Assembly (NCBI GenBank): GCA_038087875.1
Contig: JAXLNO010000146.1
Span: forward strand, 1-64,000
Direction: 5' to 3'
Length of the DNA stretch: 64,000 nt
Origin: Malacoraja senta
Lineage: Eukaryota
Position numbers and translations under genes: made by a program. This document shows positions 36,024-49,430 of the stretch, one piece after another. The notes beneath the pieces were generated by a model. It saw only the letters and a program-made list of their open reading frames with translations, did not search any database and was not told the DNA's origin. How positions within the stretch are numbered: position 1 is the first letter of the stretch; every line of letters begins with the position of its first letter.

Positions 36024-36760
36024 CTGTCAAAATACTCCGTTTGAAAAACGCGGTAAAAATGCTACACTGTTGAAGTCTCAGATCTCGCGTGGTTTGGACG
36101 TGAACAGCAAAGAAAAAGGGCGGGCCGACTGCGATGACGTCATTTTGGATCTGAGGGGCTGTGGCGGCGGCCATCCTGATCGCGGCGCTGTAGCGGTGGC
36201 TGTGCCTGCGGCCGTGCCGCACGCGTGCCTCACTGGCGGAGGCTGTGACGGTGCAAGTTCGACGCACGGCGCTCGAGCCACACTGGCGGCGGCTGTGGCG
36301 GCGGCCGTGCCGCACTCGTGCATCACTGGTGGAGGCTGAGCGGTAGGAAAATATTTTTCAACAGTGTAGGTTTTATTTTAGCACCGTGCGGTGTTGGGAA
36401 CAACGCCGCACGGCCCCGGAATTGTGCGTTCTCACGAGTGCGCGGTCTATGGCGGCCCAGGAGCGGTAGATTCTTCCTGTTTTGCCGCCAATGACCGCAG
36501 ACTCGTGAGACAGGCCTTTGAGGCACGACACTTCCAGGTTTTATAGTCCCTCCCCCCTGCCACCAGCGGGGGCAGCAGAGAGAATGGCGACATTTTTAAA
36601 AACATTAATAACTCTCGATGGGAAAAATCCTATAGTCCAGTCCAGTCCGGCGGAGGGGGACTCTGAGGGAGGTGACCAAAAATGACCTCCGTGAGTGGCG
36701 GCGTTCTTTCGGAAATCACGAAACAGAAAGTGCTCAAGATCTTAGTTTTAGTAATATAGA

Positions 36761-37290
36761 CAAGCCCAGCCGCTCCATTCTATCAACATATGATAGTCCT
36801 GCCATCTTGGCAATTAACCTCGTGAACCTACGCTGCACTCCCTCAATAGCAAGATTGTCCTTCCTCAAATTTGGAGACCAAAACTGCACACAATACTCCA
36901 GTTATGGTCTCACTAGGACCCTGTACAAATGCAGAAGGACCTCTTTGCTCCTATACTCAACTCCTCTTGTTATGAAGGCCAACATGCCATTCGCTTTCTT
37001 CACTGCCTGCTGTACCTGCATGCTTACTTTCAGTGATCGATGAACAAGGACCCCCCAGATCTCACTGTACTTCCCCTTATCCCAACTTAACACCATTCAG
37101 ATAATAATCTGCCCATGTTTTTGTCACCAAAGTGGATAACCTCACATTTATCCACATTGAACTGCATCTGCCATGCCTCTTCCCACTCACCCAAGCTGTC
37201 CAAGTCACCCTGCATCCTCATAGCAACCTCCTTACAGTTCGCCCTGCCACCCAGCTTTGTGTCATCTGCAAATTTGCTAATGTTTGTCTC
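36761..37290 (-). mobile_element. CR1 RT fragment (host of the Helitron; continues at 28240-28281)
   Basis: ISKFADDTKLGG, AVKKANGMLAFI, LYRVLVRP. Confidence 0.9.
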
Positions 37291-38201
37291 ATAGATGACT
37301 CCTGAGATCATCGATGATCTTCATGATGTTGTACGACCTCTAGAAATTTCTAATCATCCGCTTACTTTAACCATTGTTATTCAACTAGCTGTTTGATGGT
37401 ACACTTACTTGTTTTGGTTCATTGATTAGATGAGGGACACTTTGTTTCGCTGAAGGAACTGGAAGGAAATTGGAAGGCTGTCAAGGATCTTTGGGTGCTT
37501 TGGGGAATTATCACGTGCCAGCAGTGCTTCAAGCTCAAGGTTATTTTCTTCACCGTAACGCTTCACTGGGGAAACCTGCTGAATAAGCCACTGCTAGATG
37601 ATGCCAATTACAAGCAGATGCTCTTTAGAAAAACTCTTCATTGCTCTTGGAATTTCAGATGCAGACAAACATTGGTTTCAACTCATTATCCTCTGAAACA
37701 TTACCACACCTCCCCTTCTCAATTTAAAGAAGCAGAACTTTAGAATTAAGAGCAGGAGAAGGCTCGCCAAGTTTTTTTCACCATTCACAACAATCATCTC
37801 TACCTCAGCTCCATTTTCTTGCACTATTCTTATGTCCCTTGATTTGCTGAATATCCAGGCATGTATCTATCTTTGAATGAGCTTAATGAGTAAGATTCCC
37901 CAGGGTAGATAATTCCAAATGTTTATCACTATCTGGGTTTCTAAAAAATGGTTTCTTATCTCAATCTTTATTGGCTTATCTTCTATTCTGAGGCTATGAC
38001 TTCTGGTTTGGGACTTTTCAGAGAAACATCTTTCCCACATGCAACCTATTGAACAATGTAAGAATAATTTTGTACATTTCAATTAGATCACCTCTCATTC
38101 TTCTATATTCTGGAGAACTCTACTCACCCTCCATATGGCAAATCGTACATCCTTGGAATGAGACTGCTTATTCTTTGTTGAATTCTCTGTTACAAATACA
38201 T

Positions 38202-40650
38202 TTTGGCGCGTCGAGACAGTGAGTGAATTCAAATGGTTTTATTTTGAACAGTAAAACAATGAATATACTCGGGACGATAAGACAGCCAACAAAAGCGATG
38301 TTGGATCCACAAGTGTGGCGCTAGAATGAATTAACTTGGTAAAAGCGCGCAAATCACTCACCGCGCCCACGTGACTGGAGCAGCCAATCCGAGAGTTTGA
38401 CTACCGCAAGGCACCATCAGGTGCCGCTACAGGACCACCCCCAGAACCCGAGGTACGGAACCGAGCAGGGGCCCGAACACAGCGACAAGAATGCGTGGTC
38501 AGTGGAGGTGGGTTGGGGGGGGGGGGGCGTAACAAGAGGCACAGGCCGAACAGGGCCAGGAGACTGTAAGGGGATGGGTATAATAAGAGGAACTGGCCGA
38601 ACAGGACCAGGAGACCGTAACGGGGCGGAAGGAACGGGCACAACCGCATCATGGGAAACAGGCACAACAGGCAGCTGGATCGGCCGGCGGACGAACTCTA
38701 CGTCATGGCTGCGCGACCACCACCCAACGTCGACATGGGCAGGCTTGAATCGACTGATGGACCCGAACTCCTCCCGGCCCCCCACGTCCAAGGTGAAGGT
38801 GGCGACACCAGATCGGAACACCCGGAACGGCCCCTAGTAGACACGCTGCAAGGGGGATCTGTTAACGTCCCTGTGAACGAAAACAAAGGTACAATGCTGC
38901 AGAACCGCCGGAACGTGCACCGCCGGCAAACCGTGCCGCGAAATGGGAACTGGAGCCAGCCCACTCACCTGCTCCCGGAGGGTCACCAGCAATGCCGGGG
39001 CAGAGTCCACCCGCCCTCGGAGGGCAGGGAGAATGTCCCCAGGCACCCGCAGGGCCGAGCAGTACATAAGCTCGGCGGAGGAAGCGGCCAAGTCCTCCTT
39101 GGCGTTGTGGATTCCGAGTAGCACCCACGGTAACTGGTCCACCCAGTCCGGACCTGTGAGCCGAGCCTTCAACGCCGACTTGAGGTGGCAGTGCAAGCGC
39201 TCAACGAGGCCGTTGACCTGTGGCTGGTCGGCGATAGTGTGATGTAACCATGTGATGTAACAGTTGAGCGAGGGAAGACTATAAAGAAGAAGTGAATTGG
39301 GCCCCCCGGTTGGTGGAGATATCCAACGGGACCCCGAACCGGGCATTCCAGTTGACCGCCAGGGCCTGAGCGCAGGCCACGATGGAGGTGTCCGAGAATG
39401 GGATAGCCTCCGACCACCTCGTGGATTGGTCCACGACGGTGAGTAAGTGGGTGGCGCCACGGGATGTCGGCAACGGGCCCACCAGGTCCACGTGAATATG
39501 CAGGAAACGGCCAGCGGAGACGTCGAAATCCTGCACCAGGGGCCGCACGTGCCTCTGGACCTTGGAGGTCTGACAGGGAATGCAGGCACGGGCCCAGGCC
39601 GTCACCTGCTTGCGGAGACTGTGCCAAACAAACTTGTCCGCCACCAGCACAGAGGTCGGCCCTATGGACAGGTGGGCCAGACCGTGAATGGAGTCAAAAA
39701 TCTGCCGACTCCAACTTATGGGGATGATGGGGCGAGGTCGACCCGTGGAGACATCGCAGAGGACCATCGTGCCCGAGGCTCCACACGGGACATCGGCCAA
39801 CTGGAGGCCAGAAACAGCAGTGCGGTAGTCCGCCATCTCAGCGTCCGCAAGCTGTGCCGCCGCCAGCTCTCCGTAGTCCACTCCGTGGTCTACGGCCGAA
39901 ATACAGGGGAGGACGGGGCGGGACAGAGCATCAGCGACGGTGTTGAGCTTGCCCGCGACGTGCTGAACGTCCGTAGTGAACTCTGAGATGTAAGCAAGGT
40001 AACTGGTGGCGGGCGGACCACAGGTCGGAGACCTTACCCAAGGCAAAGGTGAGGGGTTTATGGTCATTGAAGGCAGTGAAAATGCGACCTTCGAGAAAGT
40101 AGCGAAAGTGCCTGATGGCCAGGTACAACGCCAAGAGCTCTCTGTCGAAGGCGCTGTAGTTGTGCATGGGAGCTCGTATCTGACGGCTGAAAAAGGCCAG
40201 CGGCCATCGACGAGCTGCTCCAGGACGCCGCCCACAGCCGAGTCCGAGGCGTCCACAGTGAGGGCCGTTGAGGCTGAGGCCCGCAGGTGGACCAACATGG
40301 TTGCGTTGGCCAGGGCCGCCTTGGCACCCTCAAACGCAGCGTCCACCTCCGGGGACCATTCGAGCTCCCGCGGCTTGACCGCGAGGCACTGGAAAAGAGG
40401 GCGCATGATGTTGGCAGCTGCCGGCACAAAACGGTGATAAAAATTCACCATGCCAACAAATTCCTGCAACCCCTTTACCGTGCGCGGCCGGGGAAACTGC
40501 CGAATGGCCTCCACCTTTGAGGGTAGAGGGGCGGCGCCTTGAGGTGTGACGCTGTGCCCCAGAAAGGTGATGGAACGGAGGCTGAACTGGCACTTGGCGG
40601 GGTTGATTATGAGGCTGTGGTCGAGGAGGCGCTGGAAGAGGGTGCACAAT
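38202..40650 (-). mobile_element. Gypsy LTR retrotransposon 3' half: RT end, RNase H, integrase, PPT, 3' LTR (38202-38431)
   Basis: INPAKCQF, LQEFVGMVNFY, VDASD, NYSAFDRELLA, VADALSR, HIHVDLVGP, NGLVER; PPT-like GGGGGTGG before TGTAGCGG. Confidence 0.92.
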
Positions 40651-40719
40651 GAGGGTGCACAGGTGCCACTACAACGCTACAACATCCTTATTAAGAGGAA
40701 ATACTTAATTTGTACCCAA

Positions 40720-41330
40720 TATTCCAGGTCCTCCGTTGTTAGTGGCGTCCTCACTTCCACACGGTCCATCCTCGTCTGTCGGTCAGCGACATCATCGATC
40801 GCTGCACCGACATCTCCACTATCGCTGCAAGGTCCACTATGGATGATGCCTCCATGACGCCGACCCAGGCCTCAGCCGTGGGCTCTGCAGACCCGGGCTC
40901 CATCGACTCCGTCGGACATGGGCTCTGACCCGCGAGACTCTGGCCTCGGCTACTCCGCGGCCTGCTGGGAGATTTCGGTGTAGGTTTTGAACAGAAATTT
41001 GCTTTGAGTTCTTGCACAGAATTCGCAGTATGCTTTCAAAATCTTTTTTTGTTTAACTATTTGTTTATTTTAAATATTCATTTTTTGGGTAATGGGCATT
41101 GTTACCCATGATAAGAGATGGCATTGTTCACCCATCTCAAATCTGCCTTGTGAAGGTGTTCGTCCATGTTTGGTGAATGTGCCTCAGGTGGCATCAGACT
41201 TGGAGGATAGCCAAGTAGATGGTGGTGTTGCAATGTACCTTCTGGTTTTATCCTTTTTGATGATAGGTCACAGGTTTATGATGTTTTGTCAGTGTGGTCC
41301 ACAAAGGCAATGCAGTTCATTTATAATACA
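40720..41330 (-). mobile_element. Probable L1-clade fragments (ORF1 start, ORF2 piece)
   Basis: Low-complexity ORF1-like N-terminus at 40751-41017 and a degraded W..NAISY.G-like piece; weak. Confidence 0.4.
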
Positions 41331-44300
41331 TACTCATAATACGCACTGTCCCCTGAGTGCTTTGGTGGGAACGGGAAAGAGTATTCCAGGAGTTGGTGTG
41401 AGAACCAGTCCAGTAAACTGCGTTCCTTGAACCAAACACAACGTTCTGGAGTAACCCAGCGGGTTACGGGTAACATTTCGGGCACAGTGTGCTGAAGGGT
41501 CCTAGCCATGCCTTCCAGAGTTGCTGCCTGAACTGCTGAGTTACTCCAGCACTTTGTGTTATACTCAAGAGTCCAGCTTGTGCAGCTCCTTGTATGCACG
41601 GTTGCTTTGTCATTAATGGTTTTATGTTTCTTTAGTGAGTTCAGTGGTTGGTTCAGAGGGTTATTTTTTGTCACTTGTACAGTGACAGTGAAATACTTAT
41701 TCCACATGCTATCCCTCAAATCATTCCATATATGAGTACAATAGATCCTCATCTGGAACAGCACACAGAGAGTCGCTATGTTCCAGCACAATCTTGCAAC
41801 TTCCAAGTCTCTCAAAATTCTGATGCAGGCCAAAGGAGACATACAATTCTGATATTTCTTACTTGAATGCCAGTGTCCTGGCAGCACTGGATTGATGAAG
41901 TAGGAGTCGGCCTGGCACAACACCATGCCATCGACTCCTTCCACGGCATGCTGCGCGTGAAATCATTAGCACACCCAGCTGAGGCAGTTTGCCAGCGCTC
42001 TGGGACAATAAACGGCGTCAGACACTGATGCTCATAGTAAAGACACAACTTTATTACACTAGCGAGAGTGGGAGAGCCACTATAAGTATGGTCACAAACT
42101 TGCCAGTTCCTCGCGGTCCCACTCAATTATATTGTACACAGGCAGTATAACTTCTTCCGATCTCAAATTCGGCTGAGGGTCGTGGTCACCCGGCCACACC
42201 GTTCGTTCTTCAGGGGTGTCAGTCGTCGCCCTTTGTGTTTCACGACCCTGGGAATGCAAGACTGATAGTGAGTTTGTTAATTGCTGCACATAAGTTATTA
42301 GTTCATCACTGAGGGCATGCAGGTCGAAGCTACGCTGTACAGTACGTTCTGCTCCCCAAGGAGTTCGCAACGGCCGTCCGTACACAACTTCCACAGGTGT
42401 CAGCCGGTGGCAGTACGCGGAATCACCCTCATCTCAAAGAGAGCCAATGGGAATACATTTATCCAATTCAGTCCAGTCTCCTCCATCAGCTTTGCTAGTT
42501 TTGTCTTCAGGGTTCCATTGACCCTTTCAACTAGGCTGGCAGCTTGTGGATGGTGGACACAATGCAATTGTTATTTAATGCGAATATATATGTATTTTTT
42601 TGTTTTTGTACCAAAAATAATTAATTTAATTATTATCACGATACAAAGAAAAACCATGGTGACACACCCACCACCATATTACAAAATCACCAAATTATTC
42701 GGACACTAAATTTACAAACAACTATTATACAAATATACTAAATAACTGCTGTACAACTATGGCCCTCTCTAACACCACCCGGGCGTGGAGTGAAAATGTT
42801 GGCAGAACTCTTCATTTATTTTTGCTATAAAATTGTGACCATTGTCGGAGCTGATTGTTGTGGCAATCCGAACTGGGGAATAATTTCCCTTAGAATGATT
42901 CTCACCGTGGCTTCGGCTGTAACATTTACAGTTGGCAGAGCTTCTATCTATCGGCTAAATAAATCCACAATTACCAATCAATACTTACAACACTGTGCCC
43001 GTGGTAGCTCTATAAAATCTATTTGTTTACTCTCGAAGGGTCTGCCGGGCATTGGCGTCATTCCCTTTGTCATTTTAACTCTTTCCCTGGGTTGTTTTGT
43101 TTACGAATTCCACATTCAGAAGCTTGTTTCAACACTTCCTGGCAGATCTTCGGATGCCACCAGGTTTCTTTCGCAATTCTCACCATTCCCTCCTTTCCAG
43201 CGTGCGTCAGCGAATGGATGTAATTAAGGAGGACAGGCAGGAAGGCGACAGGTACACAAACTTATCCAAGAGGGGTGAGCCAAAGATCGGTGCGGGAATC
43301 TATGGCACATCCCTCTCGTTCCCATAAATCATGTTGCGCAGCAGAGGCGTCCCTCTGCATAGCCCGAACCTCTCCCATATCTGTCAAGGCTGTTCTATTC
43401 ACAATGAACTGTGGGCCTATGGGGATCATAAGGGGGGTGTATGATTGTAAGGGAATTATGTGCGGTTTGCTTTGGTGTCGGTAAAGGCATTGCCCTAGGA
43501 GACTGGATCGGAGGCACCATTAGCAGTAGGCCCCTCTCGGTCATGACTGACCATGAGTGATGCATCCTAGTCGGATGCAAGCCTCGGCGATGTCATATGG
43601 AGGACAGGCTGTTGCCCATGCAGCACGTCCCCCCTCACCACGTCGCTGATCGATCCAAAGGAACAGCAGGGCCATTACAGTTTGGCACCAGAGCCGACGC
43701 AGGAGCTGCCAGAGCAAGGTTGTACACAACGACGAACTGCCTTAGGGGCTCCGATTACGGATTTTCTTGAGGTTTATTCCTGGAGCCTTTTCCATGACTG
43801 GATATGGCCACAAGGCAGTGGAGGTTTTAAATCAGAGTTTTCCCTCTCCTAGATGTACTGCCTTCCCAGGCTGACAAGCCCCATCTGCCCGAGACTCGTG
43901 TATGGGCGCTGCATTTAATTATTGCCTGGCGGGAAGGGCGAGGGCCTGCAGCAAATTGTGGGTGAAAACAGCATTCTTAATGGGGGTGCCGGAGGAGGTG
44001 AGGAAACTGCGATGCTACCACAGCGTCCCAAAATTGTAGTCAACGCCAAAAGTGTATCGGGAATCGGTTTAGATATTCAAATGGCAGGCCTTGCCGCGGA
44101 TGCATGCTCGGGTTAGGGCGAAGCGCGCTGCCTGTTGTGCAGAGAGGGGTGACTGGAAAGCGGCACCCTCAATGACCGAGATCATATCTTGAATTATGGC
44201 ATATCCGGATTGTCGTTGTCCGGTGACCGAGAAAAGAGATGAGCCCTCCACGAACCATGTGGCATCGGCCTCCGGGAGGGGGGCTTCTAAAAAGTCCTCG

Positions 44301-45030
44301 CGTGTGGTGGTCAACAGTTGATTACGCCGAAGGTAATCATGCGGTGGCCCCACCTGATGATCCGGTGGAGAAGTGAGGAAGGCGAACGGGTTGATTGTGG
44401 TGCAATTGTGGAGGGCAAAGTAGGGATTAGCCAAGAGGTGTCCTCATAGCGTCCCAGTCTGGCCTGCGTGAGGCTTCTTGTTTGTCCGGTGGTGAGGAAT
44501 GCCGCAATGAAATGCTGGGTGTAAACCTGGACGAGCTGATGGAGAGTGAAGTCCGGGGAGAATCTCGGCGCAGGAAAGAAATCCTAGAGCCACAGGGTCC
44601 AATTTCACTGAGTAGTAAGCGACAGGATGCTGAACATCATCGTGGTATTGCGTGAGGACTGCGGACGCACAGTCGTCCAAGATAGTAATATAGAGTTGGA
44701 AAGGTCGGCCGTACAGATGTCGTCCCACCGCCGGTGCAGTGGCAAGGGCCTGTTTAAGTGCGTAGAATGCGGCAACCTGTTCTGCAGAAAGGGTGAAAGG
44801 GGCAGAGTTGTTTGGTGTAAAGTGCGACGTTGGGAATCCAATGGCGATAAAAGTTCACGAGGCTCAGAAATGCTCGCATTTGTTTAGGAGTGCAGGGGGT
44901 CGCTTGGGCAATGATGGGGTCAATCCATGTGGATGTCAAGGCTCTTTCATTTGGACTGAGCATTATGCCCAGGAACTTAACTTGCGACTGACCCTGGACT
45001 TAAACCCCCACCCTCCTTTACAGTAGGGTC
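41330..45030 (-). mobile_element. Degraded class I (gamma/epsilon-like) endogenous retrovirus: pol (RT, RNase H, integrase) and env-like 3' part
   Basis: TPKQMRAFLSLVNFYRHWIP, PVAYYSVKLDPVALG, WFVEGSS...SAQQA, DFIELP...LVIVDLFSR.IEALP...IIPQFGLP, HPQAASLVERVNGTLK, EVVYGRP. Confidence 0.85.
43530..43895 (-). mobile_element. Insertion resembling a Vingi/RTE-type 5' UTR or SINE inside ERV pol
   Basis: GTCAGCCTGGGAAGGCAG...AGGAGAGGGAAAACTCTGATTTAAAACCTCC; interrupts the pol reading; family call from memory only. Confidence 0.4.
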
Positions 45031-46069
45031 TCTCCTGTTGCCGTAGCTACCAGCATCATAATGCGAGACCACCGCGAATACACCATCCATCGCCTCTAAC
45101 ATCTTCTAATCCACAACTCTGCTCTCGGATCAATATGTCCTGCTTTCCAAGCTGATCATGGAACTTTAAGGCTTTTGCAAAGGAGGGGGGGGGGAGATTT
45201 TGCAGACCATTTCACAGACTCGGACTTCCCCCTTCATGTTCCACCACGGCTAATTTGCAATGTAGGCCCTGATCTCATGCAGGCATGTGGAGAATGTTCT
45301 ACCACACTCCTAACTTGTACCTTTCACGTCGGGACCCTTTTCCAGGCTTCAGACCCTCGATGTTGTCAATTCACTCACTCCACAGGTGCTGCCTGACCCG
45401 CTGAGTTACTCCAGCACTTTGTGTTTTGCTAAAGATTCCAGCATCTGCATTTCCTCGTGTCTCCAGTTGTGTTGCTTGTCCAGTTGAATTTCTGGATACT
45501 GGTGCATGGAGTTTGGCAATGATAATACCATTCAATGTCAAGGGGAAGTGATTAGACACCCTTTCGTTGGAGATGGTTATTGCCTGGTACTTGGTGATGC
45601 AAATAATACTTGCTATTTATTGTGCTTGAATGGTAACTGGGACTTGCTGTCTGCAGGCATGGGTTGCTTCATTTTCTGAAGAGTTGCAAGTGGCATTGAA
45701 CATAGAACAGTACAGCACTGGAAGTGGCTCTTCAGCCAGCAAAGTTTGTGCCAAACATGATGCCAAGTTAAACTGATCTTCACTGCCTGTGAATGATCCA
45801 CGTCCCTCTAATCCCTGTACTTCCATGTGCCTCTCTAAAAGTGTCTAAAAACAGCATTTAGTTGTCAATTGTTCCAAAAACAGAACAGTAAAATTCTTAC
45901 TGGCAAGAACCAAACCGGACTGTAAACACGGTACTCACAGATAACATAATAAACAAAATAAAAATCAAGAAATTTAAAAAAAAACATGAATGCATAAAAA
46001 GACCAAAGTCCATAATTGCAACCAAGACAGCTGATAGTTCATTGATTAGTTGGTGTTTGTAGAGTCATG

Positions 46070-46800
46070 AAGTCATAGTCATACAGTGTGGAAACAGGTC
46101 CTTCAGCCCAATTTACCCACGAATACCAACATGTCGTATCTGCACTAGTCCCAGCTGCCTGCGTTTGGCCCATATCGCTCTCAACCCAACCTATTTATGG
46201 ACCTGTCTAAATGTTTCTTAAACGTTGCAATAGTACCCGCCTCAACTACCTCCTCAGGCAGCTTGTGCCATACACACAGCACACTTTGTATTAAAAAGTT
46301 ACTCCTCATGTTCCTATTAAATCTTTCCCCCCCTCACCGTAAACCTATGCCCTCTGGTTCTCGATTCCACAACTCTGGGCAAAAGACTGTGTGTTTACCT
46401 GATCTATTCCTTTCAAGCTTTTCTACACCTCGATAAGATCACTCCATATCTTCTTGTGCTCCAAGGAATAGAGTCTGAATCCGACTGAGGCCGAAGGTGT
46501 TGAGCAGCAGCACCTTCAAGCCACCATATTTATTGGGTAGCGGTGGATCCTGCAGGAAGGGGATGATTCGCCCGGCCGTTTCCTGGTCGAGCGCGCCGAC
46601 CACAGAATGGTAGTGGGTCTCGTCGTTGGTTACCACTCGAATGAAGAATTGTGATTCGGCCTGCTGGAACCATTCTTGCAGCTGGGCAGTCCAGAAGATC
46701 GGTAGCTTCAGGGCGACGGCGCTGAGTTGGGCCTGGTTGTTGGAAGGGTTGGGCGCTGGCGCACGCATTTTTTTTCCAGAATAGACGTCCATTAAAGAAT
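46070..46800 (-). mobile_element. CR1 3' end (46070-46480) abutting a Gypsy gag N-terminal fragment (46480-46792)
   Basis: AVALKLPIFWTAQLQEWFQQAESQF...VVGALDQETA is paralogous to the gag at 486-683. Confidence 0.8.
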
Positions 46801-47375
46801 GAGGCAGGACATGAAGTTCGTCTGAAATTCTTGTTCTTTATTGTTACACTAATTCTCCTCACTCACCAACACTGTGCGTGCGCGATTAACCCTTAAATAC
46901 TCCCCAGGGGCACCCGTGACCACACCGTGACCCCTACCTCTCGTGACCCCCCCCAAGAGCCAAAGGTTATGTACAGTGCGTGGCCCACCACCAGGTGCCG
47001 CCACATTGCTAACCTAAAAATGTGCAAAAATGTATAAAATAAAAAGACGAGGCTGGCTGCTGTGCGCACAGCGCCGGAACCAGGAAGGTTCCTTGAGCCA
47101 AAGATATGCACTGGACCTTCACACAGCCTTTCCCCATCACGGCCGCTCCGCTACACCTTGGCCGTTTTTATTTGCCACTCAACTAACCAATTTGGGTGCT
47201 GCAACCCATCAGCCGACTCGATGCTCCTAACTGCCACTCCTGCTCCGACCTCTGATTCAAGTCCACAGACCTGTCCATGGGCGGACTTTTTAAAGTTCCT
47301 GAGCTTGCACTAACCTGGAATTGCTTTGCCGCAACCAATCCACAGACTTGCTGCTCCTACCTCTGATTCAAGTGC

Positions 47376-48040
47376 TCAAGGGCCTGACGGTTGTCGGGAT
47401 GTAGCTGTTCTTGAACCTCTGGAGCTCATGGTTTTCAGACTCCAATGCCATCTTCCTGGTGATAGGTGTGTATTAAACTGCGCACAACCACCTTCTTGGG
47501 TGAGGTGTGTCTCCAACCACTGGTGTCTTCCCTTTATGTCAGTTTGCTTCAGTTTTACCAGGGTGCCTTGATGCCACACTCGGTCAAATGCAAATTTGAT
47601 AGCAGAAGTAGTCACTCTTACCTCAAGTCAGGGTTCAGCTCTTTGGTCCAATGTTTAGACCAAGACTGTGATGGGATGCGCGGGGCTGAATTGAGATGGA
47701 AAATCCCCAAATTGGCATGTGAGTAGTTGCTAATGTTTGGTTTGGTTTATTGTCATGTGTACCGAGATACAGTGAAAAGCTTTTGTTTGCATGAATATCC
47801 AAGAATACAATCGAGCCATACACAACTACAAAAGGTAAAGTAAAGAGAAAATAATATCAGAGTGCAGAATAAAGTTTCCAGCATTTTAGCATTACAGTTC
47901 CACAGAAAAAGTCCTATGAGGTAGGTTTGAATATTGGGACTACACTCTAGCTTATGGGAGAATTGTCAGACGTCTGATAACTGAGGGAAAGAAGCTGTTC
48001 CTGAATCTGGTGGTGTGTGCTTTCAAGCTTTTGTATCGTC
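47376..48040 (-). mobile_element. LINE RT fragment (47376-47730) and Rex1-type 3' tail (47736-48040)
   Basis: AFDRVWHQGTLVKLK; tail tttattgtcatgtgtaccgagatacagtgaaaagc. Confidence 0.6.
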
Positions 48041-49430
48041 TGTGTTATGTATTGCCCGGAACAATAACCACAATGCAGGAAGTAATGTAACAGTAGTTTA
48101 CCAATTAACTTCAAACTTGAAGCATCATCGTAACTTAGAAAAGATGACTATAGCCTTTCAGACCGTGTGTTGCACAAATCCCGCGTTACCTCCACCATTG
48201 GACGGTGTTTCCAATCTATCGTGCAAATGCACACCCGTGACGTTCCTGGCCGGCAGGGATGCTGGTGTGTATGCGGGTAAGATGCCAGCACGTATGCGCG
48301 GAATAAACCGTTCACAACGGTACGCCTTGACTGATGGAAGTAGGGATACAGAGATACATAGATACATAGAAAATAGGTGCAGGAGTAGGCCATTCGGCCC
48401 TTCGAGCCTGATCATGGCTGATCATCCAACTCAGTATCCCGTACCTGCCTTCTCTCCATACCCCCTGATCCCTTTAGCCACAAGGGCCACATCTAACTCC
48501 CTCATAAATATAGCCAATGAACTGGCCTCAACTACCCTCTGTGGCAGACAGTTCCAGAGATTCACCACTCTGTGTGAAAAAGTTTTTTCTCATCTCGGAT
48601 TTCCCCCTTATCGTTAAGCTGTGACCCCTTGTCCTGGACTTCCCCAACATCGGGAACAATCTTCCTGCATCTAGCCTGTCCAACCCCATAAGAATGTTGT
48701 ACGTTTCTATAAGATCCCCTCTCAATCTCCTAAATTCTAGCGAGTATGAGCCAAGTCAATCCAGTCTTTCTTCAAATGAAAGTCCTGACATCCCAGGAAT
48801 CAGTCTGGTGAACCTTCTCTGCACTCCCTCTATGGCTATAATGTCCTTCCTCAGATTTGGAGACCAAAACTGTACGCAATACTCCAGGTGTGGTCTCACC
48901 AAGACCCTGTACAACTGCAGTAGAACCTCCCTGCTCCTATACTCAAATCCTTTTGCTATGAAAGCTAACATACCATTCGCTTTCTTCACTGCCTGCTGCA
49001 CCTGCATGCCTACTTTCAATGACTGGTGTACCATGACACCCAGGTCTCGCTGCATCTCCCCTTTTCCTAATCGGCCACCATTTAGATAATAGTCTACTTT
49101 CCTGTTTTTGCCACCAAAGTGGATAACCTCACATTTATCCACATTATACTGCATCTGCCAAACATGTGCCCACTCACCCAGCCTATCCAAGTCACCTTGC
49201 GGTCTCCTAGCATCCTCCTCACAGCTAACACTGCCCCCCAGCTTAGTGTCATCCGCAAACTTGGAGATGTTGCCTTCAATTCCCTCATCCAGTTCATTAA
49301 TATGAATTGTAAATAGCTGGGGTCCCAGCACTGAGCCTTGCGGTACCCGACTAGTCACAGCCTGCCATTGTGAAAAGGACCCGTTTACTCCTACTCTTTG
49401 CTTCCTGTTTGCCAGCCAGTTCTCTATCCA

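Larger units (their letters stand above)
31259..36518. mobile_element. Complete autonomous-type Harbinger transposon (5260 bp)
   Basis: TSD TGA at 31256-31258 and 36519-36521; imperfect TIRs AGGCTCTGTCTTACGTGTTTGCGGTCAT and AAGGCCTGTCTCACGAGTCTGCGGTCAT; convergent transposase and MADF genes. Confidence 0.9.
28282..36760 (-). mobile_element. Composite Helitron (about 8.5 kb with nested Harbinger) inserted in a CR1
   Basis: 5' TCTATATTACTAAAAC at 36760; 3' hairpin TGGGACCC AAC GGGTCCCA (28292-28310) then CTAG|T at 28282. The flanks rejoin into continuous CR1 (ccagagtgta|caagcccagc). Contains a helicase remnant. Confidence 0.85.

Noticed and set aside
38397..40520. Several plus-strand ORFs of 100-180 aa
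   Set aside because: GC-rich antisense shadows of Gypsy pol.
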